In this document: in pieces, positions 27,141 through 40,936 of the stretch | Layout: every line of letters begins with the position of its first letter | Numbering within the stretch: position 1 is the first letter of the stretch | From: Octopus sinensis | Lineage: Eukaryota | Direction: 5' to 3' | Length of the DNA stretch: 64,000 nt | Assembly (NCBI RefSeq): GCF_006345805.1 | Contig: NC_043008.1 | Location: 48,174,001 to 48,238,000 of the forward strand | Position numbers and translations under genes: made by a program | The notes under the pieces: model-generated | The model's input: the letters and a program-made list of their open reading frames with translations, nothing else | The model's database searches: none | What the model was told of the DNA's origin: nothing

Positions 27141-27494
27141 TATCTACTACTATTACTACTACTCCTACAGCACACACGCGCGCAGGCGCACGTGTTTTGT
27201 ATCTAAAGACAGGGCAGCCATTCGACTGCTTATTAAATCTCTTTTTCCTCATCGATATCGTACAACCTTGGCCCCTCGACGTGTTCCGTTCTTCTTTGCA
27301 CCAGCAACATTAGAAACCCTGGTTTCTGTCCTTGATGTACATCATGTAAACCAACGTGTTTACCATCATTACAGTCCTTCATTCCCCAAACACCTACTAA
27401 ATCCTTCCTTCCTTCAGCCTTCCAAACTCCTCTTCCTTACAGACATCAACCGGAAGTGATTCACACTGAACACCAACTGTTTCAATGTCACCAG

Positions 27495-27770
27495 CAAAAG
27501 GCTATGGGCGCTGCAACTCTTCCAGAAATTATGTCATCAAAGGAAACCGACAACGTATAGAGCTACAACGACCGTGACAGTTCCCGAAGACACACAATCT
27601 TACCAACTTTACCAGACTAAGCTAAGATCACTTCGATCAGGTATCGATCTCCGATGTAAACGTTGATGGTACCGTACAAATCCTTGATTGTCAGATGGGT
27701 TCTTATCTTTTGTTTTTTAGTTCAAATCCAGCAACAAAGTCTTATGGAAGATAATAGATTACCATTTTAA
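27495..27770 (+). CDS. Candidate penultimate plus terminal exon pair (27495-27640, 27721-27770)
   Basis: Open frame ...KPTTYRATTTVTVPEDTQSYQLYQTKLRSLRS, donor CAG|GTATCG, 80-nt intron with acceptor TCTTATCTTTTGTTTTTTAG, then VQIQQQSLMEDNRLPF*. Confidence 0.2.
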
Positions 27771-28373
27771 TATAGATTCTTTCTAGAATATCATGGAGAG
27801 GATTTTTCAGAGGTCACAAGATGTCACTAATATCATCATAATAATCGTTTATTTATTTTAATTTTCCAACATGATACTTTGGTTCTTCAAGAAATCTTCT
27901 ACAATAATTTCTATCTAAATTCTTTTATTCCTACTACGTTAAATACTATTAATGTGCCATTATTAATTTACCAATCTTTAGATGTGCTAAATGCTGCACA
28001 AGTTGACGGAATGGTGAGAAAAAGTGAGAACTTTTTTTTTCTCCATAAATTGATTCTTGGAACTTAATAATTTAATAAAGAGAAAGTCGGATGCTTCTGC
28101 TTCTGATTTTTTTTTTCGATCGTAGTTTGGTGAATCTATTGATTCTTTTACGTAAGTATTGGACCAGATCAGTTTCTGTAGGTGGAATCAGGTGAAGTAG
28201 ATTTTTTAACAAAATTTGCGGGCCAAGTCGATATTTCAACACATAACATACTATCGATAGCTGCAACCGACATAAGGTGATATATTCGATGGGAACAATA
28301 AACGCACACACACACATACACATATATATATACATGTATATATATTTATACACACACACATATATATATATAT

Positions 28374-28404
<31 letters not shown>

Positions 28405-28431
28405 CTGTTGTGTCTGGGGATATATATATAT

Positions 28432-28465
<34 letters not shown>

Positions 28466-28472
28466 TGTATAC

Positions 28473-28545
<73 letters not shown>

Positions 28546-28819
28546 ATGACACGATGCATTTGGATAATTTAAAATCATACATTAGATATAACTGTTTCAT
28601 AAACACAATTTTAGTCTCGTTCTGAACTATAAGCAAAATGGCTACGCCACTGGTTTTATTTCTTCCTAAGACAATTCTGGCGAACTCCTTACTCTACTGA
28701 AACCTTCATTGGTGAAAGAAAATACATTTTCTGTCCACCAAGAGATTAGTATTTTATAGTAGCTTATAGTATATATAGTTACATTTACAATATTGACAGT
28801 GTATATAAACTTATAATAC

Positions 28820-28820
28820 G

Positions 28821-28895
<75 letters not shown>

Positions 28896-28903
28896 GATAG
28901 ATA
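28820..28903. repeat. (GATA)n microsatellite
   Basis: Direct read. Confidence 0.95.
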
Positions 28904-28939
28904 GCTTGTATGTGGTCACAATATAGAAAGCAAGTCCTA

Positions 28940-29692
28940 TCTGTAATCTCGGGGTGACCAAAAACGTAAATATTTAGCCACATATGGACATGATCCGAAA
29001 AGTTCAGTTCTTGAATTTAGACATATGGCGGGTACTAAGCTGCTTTTCCAGATGAGCCATCTTCCCATATCACAAAGACCGCACTTTCCACTGCTGTTGG
29101 TGTAGGGCTTACATTTGGCTAAGATCTTCCAATGGATGTTGTAACTGACACCTTTCTCATTTAAAGACCATATATGACTGGATAATTTGGTCTTTTTCCT
29201 TTTATCCTGGTGCCTGAAGCTCAAGGTGTGATTATTGAACCTGGCCTTGAAATTACCCTACGTAAGGCCTACGTATTTCTTCGTCGAAACCGTGTCCTTA
29301 GTGGATATAGAGTCCACGGTGGCTTCATAAATGATGGTCTCGGACATACAAGCTCCATTTAGCGGGCACAAATTTTTGTCCCTGCATGAACAGCTGGTTT
29401 CATATTGTGGTTTTTGTGTGTTGTGTGTGATTGTATTTTTAAAATTAGTAGTTGAGCTGAAACTGATTTTTAAGTTATGTCTATTGAAGAGCTGTCTTGT
29501 AACTATGGTTGACTGGAAAATGTCTGTCTATCAGTGCTAAGAAATACTTGTCTATATTGAAGGTCACTTTAGGTGAGTAGAGGGGGGTGAACCAGATAGT
29601 TTTCCTATTCCTATGTTTCTTTTTCTTTATTATTGGACTGGTGGCAGGTGTATAGGTTATTTCCTCGCTAAATCTACTATCTTTTGGAGCTT
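28940..29692 (-). mobile_element. Penelope-like element 3' part: linker plus GIY-YIG endonuclease (pseudogenised)
   Basis: RKTIWFTPLYSPKVTFNIDKYFLALIDRHFP; CSCRDKNLCPLNGAC; IIYEATV...KYVGLT*GNFKARFNNH..SFRH...TKLSSHIW...CGLC...LNSRTELFGSCP. Confidence 0.93.
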
Positions 29693-29694
29693 TA

Positions 29695-30072
29695 ACCACA
29701 AATGCCAATGGACCAGCACAAGATCGGTTTAGGAAGGACATTATCCAATTGATGAAAACTTTTGGTCTTAGCATAACTACAGACACCAACCTGATGGTTG
29801 TCAGTTTCCTGGATGTATCTCTAGATCTAAATAAGCATATTTGTAAACCTTATAGGAAGCCCAACGATAGACTTAGTTATATTAAAGTGGGTTCTTGCCA
29901 TTCCCCCGTAGTGTTTTAAAATCTAGTTAAAAACATTAGCAAAAGAATTTCTAGCCTCTCCTCCGACTGGGACATTTTTAATAGCGTTGCCCCAGCATAT
30001 AATAAGGGTCTAAAAGATAATGGATTTAGCGAGGAAATAACCTACCTACCACCAGTCCAATAATAAAGAAAG
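29695..30072 (+). mobile_element. Penelope-like element RT palm/thumb fragment, inverted relative to 28940-29692
   Basis: NANGPAQDRFRKDIIQLMKTFGLSITTDTNLMVVSFLDVSLDL...KPYRKPND...YI..GSCH...ISKRISSLSS...FNSVAP.YNK.L..NGF. Confidence 0.9.
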
Positions 30073-30084
30073 GGATTTCTTCAA

Positions 30085-30145
30085 CTAAAAAGCCTTTTAA
30101 GTCGGTGCTCCAGCATGGCTGCAGTCAAATGACTAAAACAAGTTA
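30085..30145 (+). mobile_element. SINE family B 3' tail fragment
   Basis: GTCGGTGCTCCAGCATGGCTGCAGTCAAATGACTAAAACAAGT. Confidence 0.8.
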
Positions 30146-30151
30146 TATATA

Positions 30152-30188
<37 letters not shown>

Positions 30189-30659
30189 GTAACGATGAAA
30201 CATTTTGCAAACTTTGCTTCCGCTTGTTTGATTCTTCCTTCTTTTCTTTTTCGTTCTTATTTGGTCTGCCGGTGTCGTATCGTTCCGATAGCCAAATAAC
30301 ACATCTGTTTTGTCGTTGCGATAGCCAAATAATATATCTGTTTCATAAACTCATTATTAAGTCGTTACGTGTTCTGCTGGTCAGTGCGTATAACCGTTCG
30401 GAAATGTTCAATTTGCTTCCTTTAGTCTGATGATTGTTTAATGGTGTTGTGCTCTGGTGAGTGAGCTCCGTGTTAGGGTGACGGGAGCCGGAGGGAAAGT
30501 GTGGAGCGCTTCATAAATCATCTGTTAATGGGAATGGCTGACTAACGAAGTGATTGCGAGGGAAATGAAAAGCCATTCTGTCAGTACAAGGTCGTACCAG
30601 AGAGATACATATAGATGTAGATAAATAGACACAGACGAACGTACATACATAACTAACCA

Positions 30660-30880
<221 letters not shown>

Positions 30881-31099
30881 CGGAGAGGTAGGCAGGTTGG
30901 TTGGTAGATAAATACACAAGCAACGTACTTACATATCTGCATAGACCCCCTCCTTTCTTTTTATACATGTAAGAGAAAGACGGAGTGAGAGAAAGAAGAA
31001 AGAGAGAGAAATAGACAATCTCTCGTCTCTACTATTCTCTATGTCATAAGAATTCCTGATGCTGTTATTTGGAGGCGGTGACACGGCTGAGGAAGGACG

Positions 31100-31490
31100 C
31101 CGACAGTGGGGACTACGAGGGAATTTTCGGCCCATAACTCTGCTAAACACAAGGTTTAAGATTTTGGCCAAAGTGTTAGCGAAAAGGTTGGCGCTTGTCA
31201 TTGGTAGACTGGGACCAATGACAAGCGCCAACCTTTTCGCTAATACTTTGGCCAATGCTGGCTTCGGGGGCGTTCTGGTCAATTTAGATCAATGGAAAGC
31301 ATCCAATAAGGCCGACCATCATCGCTTCTTGGAAGCTGTCTTCAAAGTGGTTTTAGACTCGTTTTCAAAAGCTGGATCGCTGCAATGCACAGCGGCCCCT
31401 GCTCAGTGTTCAAAGTAAACGGTCACCTATAGGAACAGTTTGGCACGCTCGCTGGTAGAACGGGCAAACATCAACATGACTACGAGAACT
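31100..31490 (+). mobile_element. Tx1/L1-clade LINE RT fragment containing a snap-back inversion
   Basis: NFRPITLLNTRFKILAKVLAKRL and GGVLVNLDQWKAS..ADHHRFL motifs. 42-bp inverted repeat at 31164-31255. Confidence 0.85.
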
Positions 31491-31824
31491 CAATATATTT
31501 AGCGGGACACCATTTTATGTATGTACGTACCGGATGTAACCCAGACTGCACTGGTCGATGCAACACAATTGGATGCACAGCGTCCCACCTATAAAGGACA
31601 GTCCCAGGGGGAGGTCGAAACGATCGTCGTATTGAATAAAGGCTAATGCCAAATCAATCTTCCGCTTCATTCAACGATTATTATTATTATCTCCACTAAC
31701 ACAGGCATTCCTGAAGTAAATCCAGCGGAAATATACCGCAACTGTGGATGACACCAGGTAGCCCAAACTGTGAACGTGCTTTACTAAACATACTAATTGA
31801 CATATACCCATTAGTCCCAAAAAT

Positions 31825-31916
<92 letters not shown>

Positions 31917-32430
31917 TATATATATATACGAGAAAGAAGCAACAAGAATGGATTAGTTTTTAGTACAATTGTTTCATACAAAGACAGGCTTTATTACAAG
32001 TTGCAAAAATTGCAGCAGATAAAAGTGTCCCGTACTCATCAGCTAAAATACATTTGAGTTCTCTAGACATCTTAGTGGGTGAGGTTATACTCATGAAATA
32101 TTGGAGATAGTTCCATTAGAGGCAGATATAGGTTGTAAACAGATTTCCAAAGTTCCTTAATGATGATGCACAGTCTTATCACAGATTTTTAAAAGCTTAT
32201 TAGTTTCGAAGAGAAGATGAATTAATCCATAGTGTAGATTTAAATTTCCAGAGATATGAGGAGGATGATGCACAGACTTATCACAGGTTTTTAAAGACTT
32301 ATTAGCTTCACAGAAAAGGTGAATTAATCCATAGTGAAGATTTACATTTCCAGTGGTAAGATGAGGGATTTCATACTCACAGACGATGTATTTAACCATT
32401 ATTAATCCACAATCATTACATATATATATG

Positions 32431-32518
<88 letters not shown>

Positions 32519-32539
32519 CAGACAGACAGACAGACAGAC

Positions 32540-32582
<43 letters not shown>

Positions 32583-32609
32583 CAGACAGACAGATAGATA
32601 GATAGATAG

Positions 32610-32641
<32 letters not shown>

Positions 32642-33449
32642 GATAGATAGATAGATAGATAGAAGATAGATAGATAGCAGTGTTGACTGAACTTTGTATC
32701 ACCAGTCTCACGTGCCTCTTTAATATGGAAGTACGCGGGCCGAAATCCGTTTCTGCTTTTTCCCAGTTGATATAAAAAGATAAACAAGAAAAACCACCAT
32801 CTTTGGATTTGTTTGCTGAGCATTAATTCAGGCGCCTCCGGATTAAAATGTAAATTTAAAGTTTAAGGTTTGGAAAGGCATTTAGAAATTTAAAACTTAA
32901 TTTTATTGATAGATCTGAGTAGAAGCTTTGTTTTTCAGTGCTAAGAAAAGGAATGGTGAGAAGGGAGAGGCGGGGGGATTTGAAGAAATCTCTTTAGGAA
33001 AAAAACAGAATAACTAATGAGATGATTTTAATCAAGTCACTTCCTTCTTCGCTATGAAGGAAGTAAATTGGGAAAAACTTGAAAAATATCTTAATAAATG
33101 TTATAAAATCGTGAAACGTGCAAATGATTTGATTTTCCGTAAAATATAAAAAGGAGTCTGGAGTACGAACGAGGTCCACTACATAAGAGGTTGAAGGCCC
33201 AGTTGGTACGCTTGAGATAAAAATTTTGTTTAGGATTTTCTATGAAAGGAAGGCAGTCCTACGAAAGAAATGAAAATACAAACGTGAAAGCACTATTTTA
33301 AGCCAGAGTAAGTAAAAGATAAAGAAAATTAGCCATTATGTAGCATCTATTATGTGTCATTAAAAGATCACTATAAAGCAAATCCCTAAAACATTTCGCA
33401 GGATAATCCGTTTAAATCAGGGAAAGCATCAATAAATAACCAGCAGACA

Positions 33450-34800
33450 TCGTAGGTAACGTTCAGTAATGAAGCCGATGCTGGAAACGTTCAATAACGA
33501 AGCTGATACAATGTTGGAGACAGCTTTGTAACGTCAGAGACTTTTGTTCAGTGTTAAACAGCAAATGTTTGTGATGGTGAATTTATTAAGGATGATATGA
33601 CTGAAGTCGATACAGTGCTAACAAAACACAAAACACAAAACTTGAGCGATTAATAGCAGTGCAAACACCAATTTACGCCGCAGAAAAGAGATAAAAATCC
33701 CAGACAAAATGATTTAAACAATTCTCTTTCATTCGCTTGAATTCTTGACAAGTTTACAGACATACAAGACAAACCAGAAAGGTGGGATTTGTTTGTTTCC
33801 TGTGAAGCAAAAGATGTTGGAAGCGATTCGATGACAAATGTGTTTGACAGAGCCATGACAGATGTTGGCGTTTTACTGAATAAACTCGTGTCGTAGTTGC
33901 CATAGTAATGAGACGGAAATTCAGAATTAATAGCATTTATGGAAAATAATCCCCGATTACCAGTTTCTTCCTGTAAAATGCATTATTCATCGGGAAAAGC
34001 TGACAGCCAGATCCTTCAAGTATGAAGATGTCATGGAATCTGTCGCTGAAAGAATAAATTTTGTATTCTTAAATGGAAAAACCAACCCACATTTTGGGAA
34101 ATTTTATTGAAGAACTGGAGCTTGAAAATAAACCGAGTGACATCACTTTCTACTGCATTGGAGGATGGTAGTCAAACAACAACTTGAGTTGATTTGTGCA
34201 TCTGCTAGAGACTATTACTAATTTTCTAACAGAAAATATTCTATCTTCAGCTGGGAATGATGCCAGGATCCAGGATTTGATGTACCTTAACTGATTTAAG
34301 GAATTATCGACCAGTTCTCAATATAGCACTCCAGAGGAAAGATAAGAGTGTTTCTGATCATAAAAAATCTTCAGCTTTCAGAATAATATTAGTTTTCCAA
34401 AAAGCTAGATTGTCAAATTACTCAAGTCACTTTCCTGGTGTCTGTACGCGAGGGAAATGAAATTCGTTGAGAGTGAAACGAAAGAAAATGGAAGACTAAA
34501 GATAGTTTACAAGAAACGCGAGCGTGTTTCCTGGTCAGATGTTAATGGCTTGCAGAAATTGGAACCTTGCTTCGTCTTTACTTAAAATCCATTCCTGGTT
34601 AATGTTATCAATGATGGTTGTTTCATTTCTCGAAAATCTCGCTATATAACCATTGGTTGTGCAACTAGAACTTATACAATTAAAAGATGGCCTGGTTTTA
34701 AAGATGTTCCACCAATCTCAGTCTACGACTGAGTTCTGGAGCAAAGTTCCAGGCATAACATATCTGAAACTAAAAAAGAAGAATGTGACACTTGTCAGTT
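33450..34800 (+). mobile_element. Decayed hAT transposase (Charlie/GTF2IRD2-like)
   Basis: CDGEFIKD; KCIIHREKLTARSFKYEDVMESVAERINF...FIEELELE..PSDITFYC..W; STTEFWSKVP...LKK. Many stops. Confidence 0.75.
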
Positions 34801-35558
34801 TTCTTCGTCCCATCCAAACATGAATAACTGTAGCGAAGGGAGTGGAGTTGAAACCTCGAACAATCCTTACAAACAAACACCGAACAGCGATAATTCACAG
34901 ACTTACCAACATGGCAGCCGGATTTTCAACGACTTCCAAGCAAAACAGAAAATCACCAGAAAATCTATTTGTAGTAAATAACGGCTTTAATAGCCTGGTA
35001 ATAGTAGCATTCTCTGTTGATCATAAAAATATTATGATAAGATTGTAATTTTGTAAGGTGTTAGCTGATTAAAATATTTCTGATTATAGTGGTTAGCTTC
35101 TCTGTTTATTTGCCGTCAAGTTTTGATCAGATATTTACTAACAGAAATGTCATTAAAAATATCGCACTATTTTCTTTCTTTCTTTTTTTAGTTTTATTAT
35201 TGGCAATCTGATTTTATGTTACTAAAATGCAAATTTACATAATATTCTTAGATGTTGCTGTAGTTTATTACCGAATGAAATATACTCAGCATCGTTAAAA
35301 CAATCATCGGTGAAGATTAGCAAAACATTTGCTGTGCCTTGTGATTACTTCAACTAACAGAAATTACTAGTTTAATAAAACTACATACATTAAATAAATA
35401 TAACTACGTGGATGTATTTCTTAATAGTTATGTTGCAATCTTTGTAACGAAATGTTTATAGAATAATAAAAACGAGTGATTTAGTTCAAGGCATGTGGCT
35501 CTCAAATACCGGAAGCTTACATACGGCAAGTTTGGTCACGTCTGATGGTGTGTGTGTG

Positions 35559-35598
<40 letters not shown>

Positions 35599-36165
35599 GT
35601 GTATGTCTGTGTGTGTGTGCGTGTGTGTGTAGTGTTAAATATACTGAAAACGACGTAATCCGTATGTATAGATATAAAGAAGACTATTAGATCATCCATG
35701 ATCGAACATCCCATCCGTGACCATCACATCTTTTATTCATGCAAACTGACAGTGAGACTAAACTACCCAATGTGTTATGCCTTATTTAGAAGAAAAGTGT
35801 TTGATTTGTGAGGTATAGGGGGGTGCGGTGCATGTAACGTGAGCCCTGAATGTGGGACTCCTTTCAGGTCTTCATAAAAATTGAGGAGTTTCAAGGTGGT
35901 GGTATGAGTGATGGTGGTGATGGAGGTCGTGTTAGTTGGCGGGAGACATTGATAATCAGAAAACAAGTTTGACACTAAAAATATTTACAATTCCACGCAA
36001 TAATATTTGGTTCTTTTTCCTCTGACATTTTTATTGTTCGTTCGTTTTCTTAAATTCCTCCTTAAAAAGATTCCATTATGGAATACAATAGACTGATGTA
36101 GTGGCGTTCAGTAACAGGTGGAGTGGGGTTGCACGTGTGTGCGTGTGTGTGAGTGTGTGGGGTGG

Positions 36166-36550
36166 TTATGTCCACCAGGCTATGGTAGGATTTGAACTCA
36201 GAAAGCAAAGATTCGGAATAAATGCAGCAACGCCACCGGTCCGATGTTCTTAGGGTTGTGTTAGTCAACCATTGGAGGGGACACTTTTCATTGACCCTGA
36301 AAAGAGAGAAGACAAAGTCGACTTCAGCTGGATTTGAACTCGGAATGCAGAGGCTTGGAGTAAATACCATAAACTATCCTGTTCGACGTTCTAACGACTT
36401 TGCTAATTGACTGTCTAAGTTCACCTTGTCAGAGAAAGTTTGAGCTAGGTCTTTGGTCTGAAACTAACGTCCTCCCTCCATCCCCTCTCCGACCCCAGTC
36501 ATGGAGTCCCAGAAGAAAGATGAGGGGAAGGGGCCGGAGCCCTTCTCCGT
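36166..36550 (-). repeat. Composite block (two tandem SINE-A-like heads plus about 140 bp unassigned), duplicated at 40544-40936
   Basis: Near-colinear match to 40544-40936. Two GGATTTGAACTC B-box remnants. Confidence 0.9.
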
Positions 36551-36660
36551 ATGTGTGGGTGTGTGGGTGTTTTGATGATGCACTGAAGTCTATATCAGTA
36601 AGTGATACCGTAGGTGCAACTGAGAATATTTTAAAGTGATATCGGACAGAGAGGGAGAGA

Positions 36661-36698
<38 letters not shown>

Positions 36699-36965
36699 AG
36701 CAGACAGATGGACGGACATGGGGACGGATAGACAAACAGACAGGCAGACAAACAGACAGACAGACAAATACGTGCATGTGTGGGTTTGAGTGTATATATG
36801 TGCGTGTGTATCCACACACACACACACATATACGACAGGTGAAGTGATGCGCATCAATGTCAAATATATACACTCACCTTTACACGCAACCACTACACAT
36901 TCATACTACTAGATTATACCTATTTGTATACATACACATACGTGTATGTGTGCGTGTGAGTGTAT

Positions 36966-37034
<69 letters not shown>

Positions 37035-37052
37035 TGTGTGCGTGTATGTTTG

Positions 37053-37268
37053 TATGTCTGTGTTTGTCCCCCTAGCATTGCTTGACAACCGATGCTGGTG
37101 TGTTTATGTCCCCGTCACTTAGCGGTACGGCAAAAGAGACCGATAGCATAAGTACTGGGTTTACAAAGAATAAGTCCCGGGGTCGAGTTGCTCGATTAAA
37201 AGCGGTGCTCCAGCATGGCCGCAGTCAAATGACTGAAACAAGTAAAAAAGTAAAAGAGTAAAAGAATA
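37053..37268 (+). mobile_element. SINE family B, 3' half
   Basis: GCTTGACAACCGATGCTGGTGTG...GGTGCTCCAGCATGGCCGCAGTCAAATGACTGAAACAAGTAAAA. Confidence 0.92.
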
Positions 37269-37574
37269 TATATATACTCTTGGCATAAACTTTGTGATCG
37301 CTGTAAATAATTTAAATAAGAATTTTTTATTTAGTGTTTGCGTGATAAATGAGTGATTTTAGATGAAGATGTGTGGAGTGAAGTATGCGTAAGTGGGTGT
37401 GTATATGAATAAGATGTCTTCACACGCGCACGCACTCACATGTACACTCACATGTACACACGCATATACATACTCACACATACACACGGATTAATAAATA
37501 TATATTTATACATATGTACATTTATCACTTACGTATGAACAAATATATATATACATACATTCATATATAAGAAA

Positions 37575-37644
37575 ACGTGTGTGTATGTATGTATATATGT
37601 TTGTGCGTGTGTGTGTGTGTGTGTGTGTATGTGTGTGTGCGCGC

Positions 37645-37727
<83 letters not shown>

Positions 37728-37745
37728 TGTGTGTTTGTATGTTTG
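37575..37745. repeat. (TG)n microsatellite
   Basis: Direct read. Confidence 0.95.
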
Positions 37746-37897
37746 TGTGCATGTAGAAAGTGTAACCGATAAGTCAGTGCTTGTCAAAACTTAAAATATC
37801 TACACATGTGTAGAATTATAGACATGTGTGTCTATGAATGTATGTATGCAGCTATTTGTACATGGATGTATGCACATACACACAAATACATACACAC

Positions 37898-37931
<34 letters not shown>

Positions 37932-38115
37932 TAACGTCAATATATCGGTGTTGTGTGTCAACACCTCTCAGTCTGGTGAAGAACGAAAATAGTGAAAAAT
38001 GTTGCCAAATGGAACATTGATTTTGGAATATAACAACTTCACGGGGCGCCTATATATACACACTCTCTCTCTCCCTTTCTTCCCTCTCCCCTACCCCTCT
38101 CTCTCTATCCTACCG

Positions 38116-38149
<34 letters not shown>

Positions 38150-38269
38150 ATTCCATTCTTTTATTCATTTACCTACAGAAAGATTCAGTCTCTGTATCCA
38201 TATCTATAAACATACATTTGTGAAAGAAGAAAAAGAAAATGGAGATTGGAAAGTTCATAATTGTTTATT

Positions 38270-39240
<971 letters not shown>

Positions 39241-39245
39241 CTTAA

Positions 39246-39480
39246 TGCTTAGCGGTATTTCGCCTACCAGCTACTTTCTGAGTTCAAATTCCACCGAGGT
39301 CGACTTTGCCTTTCATCCTTTCGGGGTCGATTAATTAAGTAGAAACTTTTTCTGCTGCTCCCATCTGGCCTTCATTGGCTGCCCTCGTTCTAGAGTCGAT
39401 ATAATCGGCTTAATCCCTTTGTCTGTCCTTGTTTGTCCCCTTCTATGTTTAGCCCTCCTGTGGGCAATAAAGAAATAAAT
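39246..39480 (+). mobile_element. SINE family A, 5'-truncated, alternative tail (...GTGGGCAATAAAGAAATAAA), with a foreign 46-bp insert
   Basis: Family A body. The central segment is replaced by an exact copy of 40053-40098. Confidence 0.85.
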
Positions 39481-40543
39481 ATATGTATTCATATACGTGT
39501 ATGTGGCTGTGTATCTCTCTCACTTTCGAGCAAACTCACGCATCCATGCATTTACATATAAATATCTTACGCGCACACACTCACACACACACACACACAC
39601 ACCCTCCCGCCTCCTCGTCCCCCTGCTGCCCCCCCCCACCAGATGCAAACTCTTCATTTACATCTTGCGGTTATTTTCTCAGTCTCCCTCTTGAAATATT
39701 TCGTGTTATCTAACGACAACAGCACCAACAACAACATTGTCAGTAACCACAACAACCGAAGCAGTTACAATACAACTGGAACAACAATAACAACAACAAC
39801 AGCATATGTAACGGAAACTGCAACAACAACAATAAAACAAACTAGAGGGACAAATAAGCGAGCATCGATGTGGTCCCTAAGCATGCAAGAAATAGCAGCT
39901 AAAATTAGTCCCGATCAGGCCCTACATTATAACGAAGTAGTCTTATATATTACTTTACTGAACAATGACAGGTTGGTCGTGGCTGGAATCCCTTTAATCA
40001 TAGGAATGTTCAATCCAGATTTGACATTAATCAAGAATTTAAACGACAACACTTTCTGCTGCTCCCATCTGGCCTTCATTGGCTGCCCTCGTTCTAGATG
40101 CCCCCAACATAACACAGTCCTACATTCACTTTGAATGATGGGACAGTCATGGCTGGAGATCCTTTCAACATATATCTACTTCTTCATGAAGCCTGAGCTA
40201 AACAACAAAGACCGACAACACCACCAATACCCACCAAGTTTTTATATTGTTGTAAATATATCAAGCTGGCTTTAAAAGGATTCGTGAGATGCGTAAATAT
40301 CCAAAATGAATATTTGTTAATGGAGGTCAGGGGTTAGAAGAATCTTTTTATCATTGAATTAAGGGTGGTGGGGAAGACATTGCCCTATGACCCTAACATG
40401 GCTTCCCAGATTGAATGAGGGAGGGAGGGCAGTATCTCCAAACAAGAAGACGGATCGAATATTTCCAGCAGAATGCACTCCGCTAAAAGACCCTAAACTG
40501 CCCGCAGGTGGTACTAAATGAGATGCATGGGGTGGGGTGAGGT

Positions 40544-40936
40544 TTATGTCCACCAGGCTATTGTAGGATTTGAACTCAGAAAGAAGAGATTCGGAATAAA
40601 TGCAGCAACGCCACCGGTCCGATGTTCTTAGGGTTGTGTTAGTCAGTCAACCACTGGAGGGGACACTTTTTATTGACCCTGAAAAGAGGGAAGACAAAGT
40701 CGACTTCAGCTGGATTTGAACTCGGAACGCAGAGACTTTGAATAAATACCATAAACTATCCTGTTCGGCGTTCTAACGACTTTGCTAATTGACTGTCTAA
40801 GTTCACCTTGTCAGAGAAAGTTTGAGCTAGATCTTTGGTCTGAAACTAACGTCCTCCCTCCCTCCCCTCTCCGACCCCAGTCATGGAGTCCCAGAGAAAA
40901 GATGGCGGGGGGTAGGGGCCGGAGCCCTTCTCCCGT
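40544..40936 (-). repeat. Second copy of the composite block at 36166-36550
   Basis: Colinear match with scattered substitutions and small indels. Confidence 0.9.

Noticed and set aside
31589-31633. GTC-GAAA-CGATCG-TC hammerhead 3' half
   Set aside because: There is no recognisable CUGANGA core upstream and stem I is only 2 bp.
39643-40553. ORFs 39643-40134 (+), 39927-40115 (-) and 40359-40553 (-) as host exons
   Set aside because: No recognisable domain or splice context. The region contains two copies of the dispersed family E motif and low-complexity ACA repeats.
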